The translations under genes were made by a program, and so were the position numbers. The notes beneath the pieces are model-generated. The model saw nothing but the letters and a program-made list of their open reading frames with translations, did no database searches and was not told the DNA's origin. A stretch of DNA of 63,229 nucleotides, counting the filler, from Rhabdomonas costata (lineage: Eukaryota), in NCBI GenBank assembly GCA_019059605.1. It is 30 parts of 30 records of this genome, joined end to end, with 100 filler letters (N's around TTAATTAATTAA, not from the genome) between each part and the next. Parts side by side here need not be neighbours in the genome. Positions count along the whole stretch, not along the records: positions 23,218 to 25,229 come from JAHMHO010006430.1; positions 25,330 to 27,342 come from JAHMHO010006431.1; positions 27,443 to 29,454 come from JAHMHO010006432.1; positions 29,555 to 31,565 come from JAHMHO010006433.1; positions 31,666 to 33,677 come from JAHMHO010006434.1; positions 33,778 to 35,785 come from JAHMHO010006435.1; positions 35,886 to 37,897 come from JAHMHO010006436.1; 23 more parts are not named here. One strand, 5' to 3'. Every line of letters starts with the position of its first letter. The stretch's first letter is position 1. Below are positions 24,008 through 36,477 of the stretch, one piece after another.

Positions 24008-24666
24008 TCACAAGAAAAGGTGAAGAATGGTTTGCTACTTAGAAAAGTGTTTTGCACTAAACAGTTAGTAAACACGTTTGACAAAACGCAGAATATGCCG
24101 GATACTGTGGTTGTTTCATCAAAAGCTCACACTATTGGATTTCTTGAAGACGTTTCTTCACTTATTCTCTTTACTTTTTTTTTTTACTCTTTTACAGCTT
24201 GGAGGGAGTGGAGCACTGACCAGGGAATGGTTAAACCTTGGCTGTGTTTGTTTATTGTTTGTGCGTGGGAGGGATGGGGTGTTTGGGTGTGTTTTCAGAG
24301 AGAAAGGGAGAGCAGAGGATAGGAGATAATGTGGTTGGGGATAAGATAATGTTTCATTTCTTTTCTCATAATACTAGAGTATCAAAACAGTAGTGTTGGG
24401 AGGAGGTGAAGACTGCACTGCTCTACCCTTCTGCTTGTGCCTGTTGTGTGCTCTCCCTCCCCTTTCAGAACCCAAAGGAAGGTGGGCTCTACCTATCAGT
24501 CTGGGATAGTAAACACAAACTCTTAATTTAATGTTTCTGTTGGTTAGGCTGCCAGTGCGAGATATTTTTGTGCGCGTGCTCGGGAGAGCGCCAGGGAAGG
24601 TTAGTTACCAATTTAAACACAGCATTTTTTTTGAAAATATAAAGTATAGTAATAATATAATGTCGA

Positions 24667-25229
24667 TCAAGTTGCAGGTTTCGATTTTGAAGCCCGACCT
24701 TGGCGCCTTGGTGCGGTAGCCGCTGAAAAAACAGATTATGGAGACAAAACACTTACTATATGAAATACGTGCTTGTGACAGTGAATTAGAAAAAAGTACC
24801 CGTGCTTGAACTAGCTTCTTCATTCATGCCGGTGTAGTACTTAGTCAGCCACAGAGCAGCATGAACAACCTCTTCTGGACCGTTGACCACAGCGATAGCA
24901 TCTGAAATCAATAATAAATTAACAAATAAAATATTGTGCCATCTTTAAAGTAACTCAAACAACCATTGCATACCAGAAAGGGCGGCTGCGGTCTCATCAT
25001 TTTTGGCATTGGCAAAGTTGTCATATGCAGCCCTGACTGCTTGGAAGTTACTCAGTCGTTTTTCACCAAATAATCCATCAAGAATCATTCCTGACAAAAC
25101 ACAAAAAAAATTGCACAAAATATATTTGCACGTCAAAAATGTAGTGTTCTATTAAATTTATTTAATTTTGGGACACATACGATTAGCACTGGTTAGATCC
25201 ATCACGTCGAAAGCCGAGTCACCCACACA
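24667..25229 (-). CDS. 3' part of an unknown gene with three short AT-rich introns (90, 72 and 77 bp)
   Basis: Exons 25229-25181, 25090-24974, 24901-24800 and 24722-24667 join in frame: ..DLTSANR|MILDGLFGEKRLSNFQAVRAAYDNF..ALS|DAIAVVNGPEEVVHAALWLTKYY..|AATAPRRQGRASKSKPAT*. Confidence 0.7.
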
Positions 25230-25329
25230 NNNNNNNNNNNNNNNNNNNNNNNNNNNNNNNNNNNNNNNNNNNNTTAATTAATTAANNNNNNNNNNNNNNN
25301 NNNNNNNNNNNNNNNNNNNNNNNNNNNNN

Positions 25330-26489
25330 CGCCCACACAGCAATAGGCAGTCCACCACGACCTCCAGCCGATACACACGCTCCGCTCGCACCACAAAAAC
25401 CCGGCGCCCCTCCCGCGCCACCCCAAGCTCCTCCATCAGCTTGCGGTGGTCCTGGTTCACTTTGAGCAGCTTCTGGTACTTGTCCAGCTTGGCGCGGTAG
25501 TTCACCGCCGGCAGCGCCGGGGCCTCAGGGGCCGCAGCAGCAGCAGCAGCAGCAGCGGCCACTGCAGGGGCAGCGGGTTCCGCTCCACCCAAAGCCGAGG
25601 GTCGGGCCCCAGACGCGGCTGAGGATGAGGCTGTTGCGGCAGTTGCGAATGCGCCCGAGGGGACCGTCTTCGCAGCCTTTCGGAAAACAGCCTAGTTTTT
25701 TTTGTGGGTGAGTGGGCTTTTCAAGCTAATCAAAGGCAGGGGCAAAACTGGGTAATCTCTGGGACAGCTAAACGTTCAAACTTTTGGTGAAGTTGAATTC
25801 CGATCAGGTTGGTGGGCTGTGCCGGTGCACCCCGAGGTGAAATCATACCAGTTTTTGAGGGGTTGGGAAACTTTCGACCACCACTTTCCGCCTTCCCTCC
25901 CAACACTGCAGACACTGACTTCTCCCCCATTTGCCCAGGACTGAATTGGCACCTGTAACCCGACACATGGACACGTCCATACGAGGCACGGACGGGTAGG
26001 CCTCAAAGCAACGCTGAGTACCATTAGGGTCAGCTGTGGAGCCGAGCCCGCAACCTCAGAGCTAAACAACAATAGGATTTCCGCTCACACATCCACGGGA
26101 AGGTTCTCAGGAGGGTGCGGTACCGTCATACGGATAGCATGGTGAATTGGTGTCGGGCCATCATCTTGCACCGCTGGAGAATAGCAGTAACCGAAACTGT
26201 CATGTGGTCTTTTCCTGCAAACCAGGTTACCAATAGCTCAGATTCCGGCTGTGTTGAAATCGTGCGAAAAGAGGGAGGGGGAGGGTGGTTGCTGAGGCCG
26301 AGCCTGCTCGGAGAGGTACTGCGCACGCAGGCGCTTGAGGCGGCGCCACTGCTTCAGCCCGGCCTCCCACTCCAGCTCGGTCTTAGTCGCAGGAGGGGGC
26401 TCCCGGATGGGCGGCACCTCGATCTGCGACACGGGCCGGGCCGCGGCTGCGCTGCCCCCATCGGCTAGGCGGTCTCCTCTTGAGGCCAT
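25330..26489 (-). CDS. 5' part of an unknown multi-exon gene (Ala-rich linker, coiled coil)
   Basis: GC-rich exons MASRGDRL..EWEAGLKQWRRLKRLRAQ and ..VNYRAKLDKYQKLLKVNQDHRKLMEELG..; junctions not resolved. Confidence 0.45.
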
Positions 26490-27059
26490 GCCTCACACCC
26501 CTACCCCGCTCCCTGTGTATGTGCTTGCCTTAACCGTGCTCCGATGTATCCAAGACACGAGAAAGCTGCAAAACCACTCCAAAAATAGAAACAAAAATAG
26601 AAGCCCTGCAAAAAAAAAAAGCGAATTAACCCCTCCCCACTGAAGCACGCACATGATTGCTAAAAAGGGCGCAAGCATTTAGTCCAATTGCAGCCGGATG
26701 GGGTCGTTCGTCGTAAAACTTCGTGAACAAAAAACCACCACAACCATGATTACAACCCGCGTCACCCGAAAGGGACGCGGCACGGCAGAGCGCTTCCTTT
26801 TCCAGCCATTACCAGCGAGCGGTAATAGCCTTCGATTTCACCTTCAAAGATTCGAATTCCCCAACAATGAACAACGACTTTTCATTGTTGACAAGCAAAA
26901 GAGCTGTGTGCCTGTGTACATGATACAGAAAAGCCTATCCGTTCCAACCACCCCTCACCTATTCACGGGCAGACATTCAGACGCTCATTTGGGCCATGGC
27001 ATCCCATGCTGCAGACGGCTGCTCAGCCCATGCCTCAGGCAGCAGCCTTCGCCCCAGTC

Positions 27060-27298
27060 CTACCGAGAGGCCAGCAGCCCCGCCAAAGGGGGCTCGTTGA
27101 GGCCGTGGAACATCGTGAATGCCCGCAGCTCCTCCACAGTAGACCCACACCACACCGCGGTGAACCCCGCGGCCTCCCGCATAGCCTTTGCCCTATTGAA
27201 GGTGTACACCAGCACAGGGGCCTCACAGCCCATCTCTCGCAGTCTCCGGATCAGCGTCAGCCCAGCGTGGTAGTCAGGCCGCACAGGAGCAGCCGCAG
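27060..27298 (-). CDS. Terminal exon with a receiver (CheY-like) domain second half
   Basis: DYHAGLTLIRRLREMGCEAPVLVYT fits the G..l...lR....Pv.v.T helix3-strand4 pattern. The phospho-Asp region is not in the contig. Confidence 0.45.
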
Positions 27299-28952
27299 CT
27301 ACACACACACACACACACACACACGCCAAGACCTGTGCTTCANNNNNNNNNNNNNNNNNNNNNNNNNNNNNNNNNNNNNNNNNNNNTTAATTAATTAANN
27401 NNNNNNNNNNNNNNNNNNNNNNNNNNNNNNNNNNNNNNNNNNGTGTTTTGTTCTGCCACCGCCGTGAAAAAAAAAGGCTTTCATTTTTGCGGTGGAGGGC
27501 ACCAGCTCAGTTGTTCGAACATTGCTTATGCGACCTTTTCAACCAAAAAATTTTACTTGAATATCATTTTTACCATTCATCGAAGTGCTGTGGGGTTTTC
27601 CATATGTCACTGTGTTGTGGGCCGCCCATTCCCCCGCCCATAAAACAGGGCCTTTCTCATTTTTTTTGAGTTTTCTTTTTTGAGAGGGTGGGGCTGGAGG
27701 TTGGTGTGTGCTCCCCAGGACCCGTTCTCAGACTTGTCTGTGGTCCTGGACCCAGACCGCCTCCTGCACCCGCTTGAGCGCCAGGTTCCTGCCGAGGCTT
27801 CGGCGGCGGCGCCACCCAGTAGGCCGCCCATGCTGCGTCGGCCTCAGCCCGTCTCCACTGCCAGCAGCGCCTTCATGTCTCCGTGGTCTTCACATTTTCC
27901 CCATCCCCCGCCCCCGATTTTCAGGATTCTCTTAGGCACCCTGTCACTGGCACAGGCACCGCTCGACAGTTACTTCTTCTCGATAGATCATGATTTGCTC
28001 CGATTCGGGAGCGGGGCTGAGCCAGTCCCCATCAGCCCGGGTCGAAACCGCCGGTGCAGTCTCATCACTCCGCATCTGTTGATTCCTTGTTTAGCAGCGT
28101 GGGTGGCAACCGTAAGAACGGGACCCGGTTGTAACAATTCCTATTTTGCTCTCTCGCAGTTGTGCGTTTTCTCGCTCGTCCCATGAAGCCAGCAGCAGCA
28201 GCAACTGCACTCCACCGTGTTCCCCGGCGGCTGTCGGGACAGTGGGTATTTCTGGGGCGGTGGTGCCTGAGAGGCTCTCGCTGCGGGGACAACTGTCTCC
28301 TCACCCTGACCATAGTTACGGTCATGGCCATGATAAGGATGGTGTGTGGATCCCGTGGCAGGCCCAGGACCCCCGCTCGGTGAGTCTGCAAGGGCGTCGT
28401 GTGGGCGCCCTTCCTCATGGTGGGGGGAGGAGCGCACATCATCTGGCCAGTGGTTGGGCTGCCCCCTCCCCCTCCCCCCTTCTTTTCTTTTGAGCGCAGT
28501 TTAGGCTGGTCACCCACTTCTCCGAGGGACAAGCTGTTCACATTTACGAGTTACGAATTACGGGCACCTTTTCTTTTCGCACCAGCAGCTAGTCGAGCTC
28601 TTGCACATTTTTAAAACCACTCTACATTTTCCGTTTTCCCACGCACGCGGCATCTTACTAAACCCCAAACCCCAAACCGTATTTTGTGCGGTGTGGTCGC
28701 ATGGTGTTGCATATGTTTGTCCGTGTCATCTCAAAAATTCACAACCCTTAATTATGTACTCTATATCAGAGGCATTTTCGGAAACTGAAAGGGGTGATGA
28801 AAAAACTGGATTTTACGTGGATTTTACCTGGTGGTGGTTTTACTTCTTTTCGGCGTGTTCTTTCTGCGTAATCCCTACAACTTGCTTTTATTTTTACTGT
28901 TGAGATGACGGGAGCCACATACACAAACCCCCCAACCCCTAACCCCTCGCAG

Positions 28953-29148
28953 AGCGGGTGGCGCAAGAGGGCGAGGACATTGACGGCCTGCTGCACCAGT
29001 TCAGCCTGCTGGACCCAGGGGTGCAGCCGCTAGCCGAGGCGGCGGTGGATGGCTCCCTGCTGGCGTCCCCGCTCCACGCCGCGCTCGCCGCGTTGCAGGT
29101 GCACCAGCTGTCTCCCGCACGCTCAGTCTTTGAGCTCCTTTTTGGGAA
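28953..29148 (+). CDS. Exon of an unknown helical protein
   Basis: GC-rich frame RVAQEGEDIDGLLHQFSLLDPG..VFELLFG bounded by cgcag| and |gtgag. Confidence 0.5.
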
Positions 29149-30151
29149 GTGAGGTTGGGATGGCGGCGTCAACCTTCGGTGAACACGCGCAACGGGGATG
29201 ACGGGCTTTTTTGAAGTATACTTGGGGTGCAGCTCGGTGAGTTGCCAAACCAATGGGGCTTGTGTTTGTGGGTTAACGGCGGATTTCGCTGCGCCGCTGG
29301 GAAAATTTTTACAATGCGTCTTTTTTGACAGATGCCTTTATACCGCATGACGTATGCCAGTGTAGTGCTCATTGTGTCGGCGCCCTGCTTGTGCGCATTT
29401 TCCCGCAGCCGGGTCCCGTGGCAGCGCTTGGGAGCGGCATACCCACCAACCCCANNNNNNNNNNNNNNNNNNNNNNNNNNNNNNNNNNNNNNNNNNNNTT
29501 AATTAATTAANNNNNNNNNNNNNNNNNNNNNNNNNNNNNNNNNNNNNNNNNNNNGCCACGGAAGAGAAATTCCTGTCTCAGCCGAACTTTGATGGATTCT
29601 TTCCTTTGGTGTGCATTGAGTTTAAGAGTAACGACCGACTCTAGTCATTTCGTTTTCCTCTTTCTGTTTTGGTTGTTCCAGTACTGTGTTGCTTTGTACT
29701 GAGTTGAGGGGAGGAAGGGAGTGGGGCTTCCTCCGAAATGGGGCAGGGAAAGTCCACCTCCATGAAAGGGGACTACATTGCCTCTGTCTTTCACAGAAAG
29801 GATCCTCAGGAAGGTGTAGCCGTCTGCCAAAATTCTTCTTTCCGTTCCTTGTTCAACGGCTCTTCTTTCCTCAATTTTTTTTTGTTCTTTTGATTCAGAA
29901 GATGAGTTTAAGGACCGCGTCTTCTCAATTGCTCTGTCAAAGGACGGCTCCACGCTGGTCTCCGCAGGGTCTGATTCGGTGGTTCGCTGGTCCGCTGCCA
30001 CGGGTGTGTGAGCGCCCAATTTCCAAAAATTCGCCTGGCGGTTTCATTCTTTTGAAATACTGCGGGAGCTTTTTTTTTTTTGCAAAAGTCACTGCAGCAT
30101 ACGGGACACTGCCTTCCCGTTGTGGGAACCTCATCTGTGATCACTTCTCAG

Positions 30152-31373
30152 CCAAGCGACTGTCGACGTACAAGACGAAGCGAGGGCCATTTTACAGTGC
30201 CGCGGTTTCCCACGACGCCAAAATGATCGCTGCTGGGCTGCACGGTTCCTCGGACGTAATGCTGTGGAGAACAGACAAAGGTGCGCAAGGCAAGATGCCC
30301 CGTTTGAAAACTTGGACTGGTTTTAATTCTCTCCCAACGTGACTGCAGGGTGTTGTGACACGTTTTCCAATGTGTCGGGGTTTCGCTGCAATTATGGAAT
30401 CGTTGTAGTCTCACTTTGTGTACAGGTGGTTTCGCTCCCCCCCCCATTTTTTTGCCATGTCGCTGACATTTTTTTTTGACGTTTTTGACATTGAGCGGAG
30501 AACAGCTAACAGAAGCACATTTTGGTGCGTTCGTAGGACAAAAGTGCGACTCCAACTGTCTATTTTATAGCTTTTATCTCAATGCGGATGTGATGGTCTG
30601 TTCCCCTTCGCTCGTGCGGCCGGGTTCTGCCGAAAGCAAACACTGAGGGATCCTTTGCCTTTGCCTTGTCACTAGAAGCTGTTAGTCATCTGCAAGCCGC
30701 ACCCAACCGCATGCGCGACACCATGGAATTTCCCTTCATCCTTTTTCGCTCTTTTCACTCACCGCCAGGGGAGCTTCCATCTGCGCTGAAGGGTCATCAG
30801 GACCGCGTATATTGTGTTTGCTTCACTCCGGACGGCGAGCACATCCTCTCAGGCTCCGCCGACTCCACAATCAAGGTGTGGCGGGCGCTTACTGGGGAGC
30901 TCGAGGGCACGATGGAGGGCCACGAAGGGGACGTTCTCAGCCTGGCCGTCGCCGCAGATAGCAGCATCTGCGTGTCGGGATCTTCGGACCGCAAGGTCAA
31001 GATGTGGGACCTGAAAGGGAGTATGTCCCCCCCCCTCCTTCTTCCTTGCATGGGGTTGTGCTGTGTTTATGGTCGCAGCTTATGACCAACACCACGACAC
31101 CACTTCGGGATATGGGCTCAATACGTTGGCATCCCCTCCCCGCAATAAAGGGAGAGGAAAAGGAGTGGTGAGGAGTGGAGAGGGGAAGAGGAGAGCTGAT
31201 GGGAAGAGGTGATGGCCATGGTTTCTAACTTTGTTTGCTTTTCTCAGGAGCTCACGGCTGCACTCTTGTTGGCCACACCGATGAGGTGCGCTGTGTTGAC
31301 ATTTCTCCAGACGGCCTGAATATCGTCTCGGGGGGCAATGACCAAACCATCAAGCTATGGCATCGCCGAACCG
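30152..31373 (+). CDS. WD40-repeat protein (exons 30152-30280, 30769-31020, 31248-31373)
   Basis: LKGHQDRVYCVCFTPDGEHILSGSADSTIKVW, MEGHEGDVLSLAV..KVKMWD and LVGHTDEVRCVDISPDG..IKLW, separated by phase-1 GT-AG introns. Confidence 0.9.
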
Positions 31374-31999
31374 GTGTGCCACTGCGAGGAGCTGTCCAAG
31401 TTGTTCCTGTATGTTTCCATGATTGGAGGCACAAACTGATCCGCGATGTTATGTGTGCTGACGTCGGGAATGACTCAGACTCTGAGCGTTTCTGCATCGA
31501 TTCACTGCATTTCACGATTGTGGCAGTTTTGACAGCGACGAGTGCTCGATTGTAACACAAACACCNNNNNNNNNNNNNNNNNNNNNNNNNNNNNNNNNNN
31601 NNNNNNNNNTTAATTAATTAANNNNNNNNNNNNNNNNNNNNNNNNNNNNNNNNNNNNNNNNNNNNTTGTGGGCCCAAAAATAATTGATAAAGTGTATAAA
31701 AGCAAAAATGCAAAGAAGTAGTTTTCTAACCACGTGTGTAGCACAAGTGTGTGTACAAGGTTTCATCAGGAATGAAAAATTATCGGATGGTGACAGTGTG
31801 GTCTAAAAAGCGTTCTTATGTTTGCAACAGAACATGCAGAAGAAACAAAACTAATCAGCATGTGCGTTGTTGTGATAAAGGTGTTTGTGGGGTAAATTTA
31901 CTTTTGTCGGTTGGCCGACAGATTGTGGTCGCGGAGATGGTTGAGAAAATCTTTCTAAGCTCGTTCCATGCATGGACTTGCTGGATCTGTGGCTTCCTG

Positions 32000-33667
32000 A
32001 ATCCCGCGGTTGCCCATAACTACAGTTGAAGATGAAGCCCATGATATTGAAGGTGCTATCCAGTAGGTTTTCATTCCTGGAGGTGGTGAAGTAGACTACA
32101 GGCAGAAAATAGAATGGCACCAGGTCAGTGGTCTGTGTAGTCCACTGTAGCCACTGATCCGGTTGATGAGGTGGTCAATAGTAAGATCCATTTCCCGATG
32201 GCTGTAATATCTCGGAGTTTTCCCACAAACCCCGAAGAAAAGAAGCTCTACATGTTGACACAATGAAATGGTCATTGTGAGGTCCATCTCTCCATAAAAC
32301 GTTCAGAGCCATGACGGTAGGTACCCAAAGATAGGTTGAAAATTGTATCGTACCGCATGTGCACCAGAAAGTCCAAGGCAATGACCATCGTAGTAAGTGG
32401 TACTGGCATTCGTAGTGGTGTCATCAAGTGTGCTGTACGTGAGGTAGACACTGCTACTTGTTTGAGTAGTGATGCCCAAATGAATGAAGCGGGTCAGGTT
32501 GAAATCTGGTAGTACATAATCAAATCGTTGGTGAAGTTGAGTTGGTGTAGAATGTCGTCTTTTTGGTGCAGTTTAATTTAGTTGTATATGTAATTGTTTT
32601 GAGTACACTCAGGAGTGTGAAGGTCACGAGTAACCGCGGGGCTTTGTGTAGGGACATCGGATTCTGTTGTCGTCCGCGTATGCTGACTGGATTGTTGGTG
32701 TGTGACTCACTTGTCCCTTGTTGACTCAAGACTAGGTTTCCTGAGGTTTTCCATATTCCCGTTGGAGCTCCAGGCGTCTGCGAGGCAATCCAGTAAAGTT
32801 TCAATCATGTGTAGCTTGTATTTGTCCTTCACATTGATATTTCTCATGGGTATATAATCTAACACAATACGGCGGGACTTGCACTTCACGTAGGTACTGA
32901 CAGGTGGCAATCCGCAACGATGCCGTCAGTTGGTCCAACTGATCTTTATTGGTCATTATCTGCACACTGTGCTCTGGATTTCGTAACACCTCATCGATGC
33001 GAATGACATTGTATGTCGGTCGTCGAGGAGAAAGTCATTCCGGCAACTTCTAGTGAACAATGTCATTGAATTAGTCAATCCCCTGCGCATATCCTCTGCA
33101 ACTGGTGTTATCGCCATTGGCGTTCCGCAAGTTGTTTGCAAACTCCCGCCTTGAGGACCACCATGGAAAACTGTAGGCATTGTTGCTCCCGCTCTTGATT
33201 TACTGGATATTCCTCATAATGTCGGCATTCTATTGACGTACAAGTCCACGATGGGTCACTTCTAGAATGTGATGTGCCGCGGTGCTTTGGAAAATTGCTC
33301 GGTTTAGTACAAATGAGCATGAATGTAATCGTATTGGAACCATTAGATGTGATGTGTATTTCCACTATGGAGGAAGGAAACCATGCGAATGCTTTAGTCA
33401 GCTACAACTTGAAAGAAAGCTAAACATTGGTAGCACAAGATTCACTTGTTCTTTGAAGCAAAAGTTGATGATATGAAATGTCACATAAACGTAGTGAATG
33501 TGACTGACCAAAGTCACATCAAAACGTCCATTGTAGAACCTGTGCAGTTGTACTTTCCTAAGTCGCATTTTTTCCACCAAATCCCTGCTGAACAGATTAA
33601 CTGAAGCTCCAGAGTCGATCGTCAAAATGAATTGGTGGTTCTGAATTATTTCTGGAAGATACAACAC
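32000..33667 (-). mobile_element. Heavily decayed Ty3/gypsy pol (protease, RT fragment, integrase fragment)
   Basis: Protease LTIDSGASVNLFSRDLVEKM, RT RRIVLDY..NVKDKYKL/IETLLDCL, and integrase-like YLWV..,STCRA and GLHRPL occur in gypsy order, with many stops, frameshifts and deletions. Confidence 0.8.
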
Positions 33668-34049
33668 ACCCCCAACCNNNNNNNNNNNNNNNNNNNNNNN
33701 NNNNNNNNNNNNNNNNNNNNNTTAATTAATTAANNNNNNNNNNNNNNNNNNNNNNNNNNNNNNNNNNNNNNNNNNNNTGTAGGAAAACCCCTCGACCGGT
33801 CGAGTGGTCTCCTCTTGTAAAGGTGTTGTACCCGCCGCGATTGACTTTGGAAAAGTGGTGTTGAACTAGCCCGACCATGGTATTTTACGCCCCTTTGTGC
33901 GGTCTGCTGCCATCCCATACTCTTGGCGATCTCGATACTCGATACCTTTGCGATTCTTCATTGGGGTCCGCCCCAAACAGCTTGAGCAGTGGAGCAGCGA
34001 ACGTGTCCCACACAAAGTCGAATGAAAGGCACCGTTCTGGTGTATGAGT

Positions 34050-34400
34050 GCGCTTGCACCTGATAGCTTCAACCCTGGTGGTGGAGAGTGATGGCGGGTC
34101 GGCTTGTACTCTGAAGTACCTAAGGAACGGATATCCGAGGATCATCGTGATTGGTGTTGTGATTACCTTGAGCGCTAGTCTGAGTTTGATGTCACCAATT
34201 GGAAACACGGACGAACAAAGGTGTCTGGAACTGCATTGTTTCCTGTTTCCTAAGGGTTGGCATTTCTTCTGGGTGGGGATTTCGGGTTCTCTCAACTTGA
34301 CCGCTTCCCAAAATGTTACTCAATCCTGTTTTTCAACGCCGACGGAACCACAAAAATGGGCTGACATCTCCTTGAGCATGATTAATTTCACTGTAATGAA
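34050..34400 (-). mobile_element. Decayed LTR-retrotransposon gag knuckle / protease remnant
   Basis: HFCGSVGVEKQD* looks like a broken CCHC knuckle and is followed by the protease C-terminal motif MILGYPFLRYF. Confidence 0.5.
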
Positions 34401-36477
34401 ATTAGAAACAACAACTGAAGACAAAGGCAATAGGCACTAAGCAGCACCAGATTTCAAAACGTTTGGGACAAGAGAGTATTTTTACCTTCTGCTACCAAAT
34501 GTTAGGATATGACCAACTGGGAGCCGGTCCTGCCTAACCCGTCACTGGCCTTTCGATGCGTAGGATCGATACCTCAACCGATCAGTTGCCGGATTTGGTT
34601 CGAGTTTTGGTGGCTCTGCCTGGCACTTCCTCTCGCTTGGTTCGGCCTTCTGTTAGGATTCTTTGCAGTACAAAGTAAATAACAACACAATCTCTCTACA
34701 GTTTGGTTCGGTACAACGAAGCATTCGCAAGCACAATTGATGCAAAGATTCATCCCAATCCCCAGATATCGTTTCCAGCCAGCTCAATCCACACAGGACG
34801 ATCGTTCAAGTATTTTGTATGAAGAGAGAATTATTTCGTCTCTCGTTTCTTCGCTCTCTCCAATTCTGCACAACGTATTTCTTTTCCGCAGTGAGGCACA
34901 TCGTTTTCCATCTCTTGCTCTCCCCGCTATCCTCCTCTGCAACATATTCGGAGTCCCTCTGTGTAAACGTGACTGTCAGTCGCACTGCGCATGCTGTGAA
35001 GTGTTTTATTGAATTGAAAGGTTAAAAATAGTCGTTTCATTCATGCATTATTCCATTACTTCGTGTAGAGGCATACACAAAGTGCTCTGTTACTCCATTC
35101 CTTGTTTACATGAGCAGGAATATATTTCGTTTGCAAAAGCTAAGCGCCGCATACGTTGCTTTGGCTTGATTGGCAAGCCACTCGTCGCTAAAGTATTTCA
35201 GGCTCTTGTGTTGCGATTGCGTGTTTTGACAGTTGTTTCTTAGCCCTTAAGTGTGGTTACACACTGGTTCCCGGTTGTATCAATCAGCTAGATGAGAACT
35301 AAGGTCCTGAATCTTCATCATGGGGGGATTATTCTCCAGTTTGGCGGTGGGCGGCTGTTAAGCCGGTATGTTTAGAGCCTATCCACTGAGGGTTTGAAGC
35401 GCTTCACTGGAAAGCGGCTGGCGGAGTTCTTGCAGCAGGTATCTGTTGCCTTGAACAAAGTCATCCTAGATCATCTGATCTTTGCCATTCTGGGGTCACC
35501 ATTTGCGGATGCGTGCTACTCTCACAGCTCTCCATCAATGCCATCATGAAGCTCGCTTCTGATCGTTAAAGAGTGAAATAAAGCGCTCTTGGAGTGTGAA
35601 TGAGTGAACGCTTATTTTGTGTAAGTGGTGACTCCACAACACCACTTGTTCTTCGGTGTTGCTGCCCTCGTATGGACGCGAAAAAAGAGACCGTCTTTGC
35701 AATGGTTTACTACACTTATCAAAAATAGTTTGGAAGGATTGAAGTGCTTTGCAGTACGGTACCATGCTCCATGCACCCACACCCANNNNNNNNNNNNNNN
35801 NNNNNNNNNNNNNNNNNNNNNNNNNNNNNTTAATTAATTAANNNNNNNNNNNNNNNNNNNNNNNNNNNNNNNNNNNNNNNNNNNNTGCGGGCTTCAGCTG
35901 CCTGCACTGCGGGCACACTACTAATAGCTCCGGCTCCTATTATGACGGCGCGAGCCTGAACCAGTGGAGCCACCCCATGCATGTCCATGTTTGTTGTTTG
36001 CATGGGTGTCGTTGTGTGGACGGCAGCCCTGCCAGCCGCTTCCCTTCTACCCTGCAGTTCTGAGATCAGGCTTCCCTTAGACCTCCGTGCCCCAGGAGCA
36101 GGCGCAGCAGTTCAATCACAGCGGCAGGGTGACCCTCAGCATCCTGCCTCAGCATTTTCGTGGTGCCTCCTGTTCCAAAAACTTAGAAGCTCGACGACAA
36201 GAAACACAAATTCAACATCAACCGGCACCTCACCATGACCTCATCCAGAACCATGGGGTGGGTCAACTTGCTCATCGTGTTTGTGCCCGCGCTGGTCATG
36301 CTCGTCTTGGGAACTGGACCCCATGTGCTCGCGCCTGTTCTGACATAGCTATTGATCTGCTCTAGCCGGGTGTGTCTGTGAGCCTGTGAGCCTGCCATCA
36401 CCACCAAAAGGAAGGACTTGATCGAAAATCAAAGACGTTAAACGATATCTAAATCCCTCCCAATTGACTTGGGGGCT

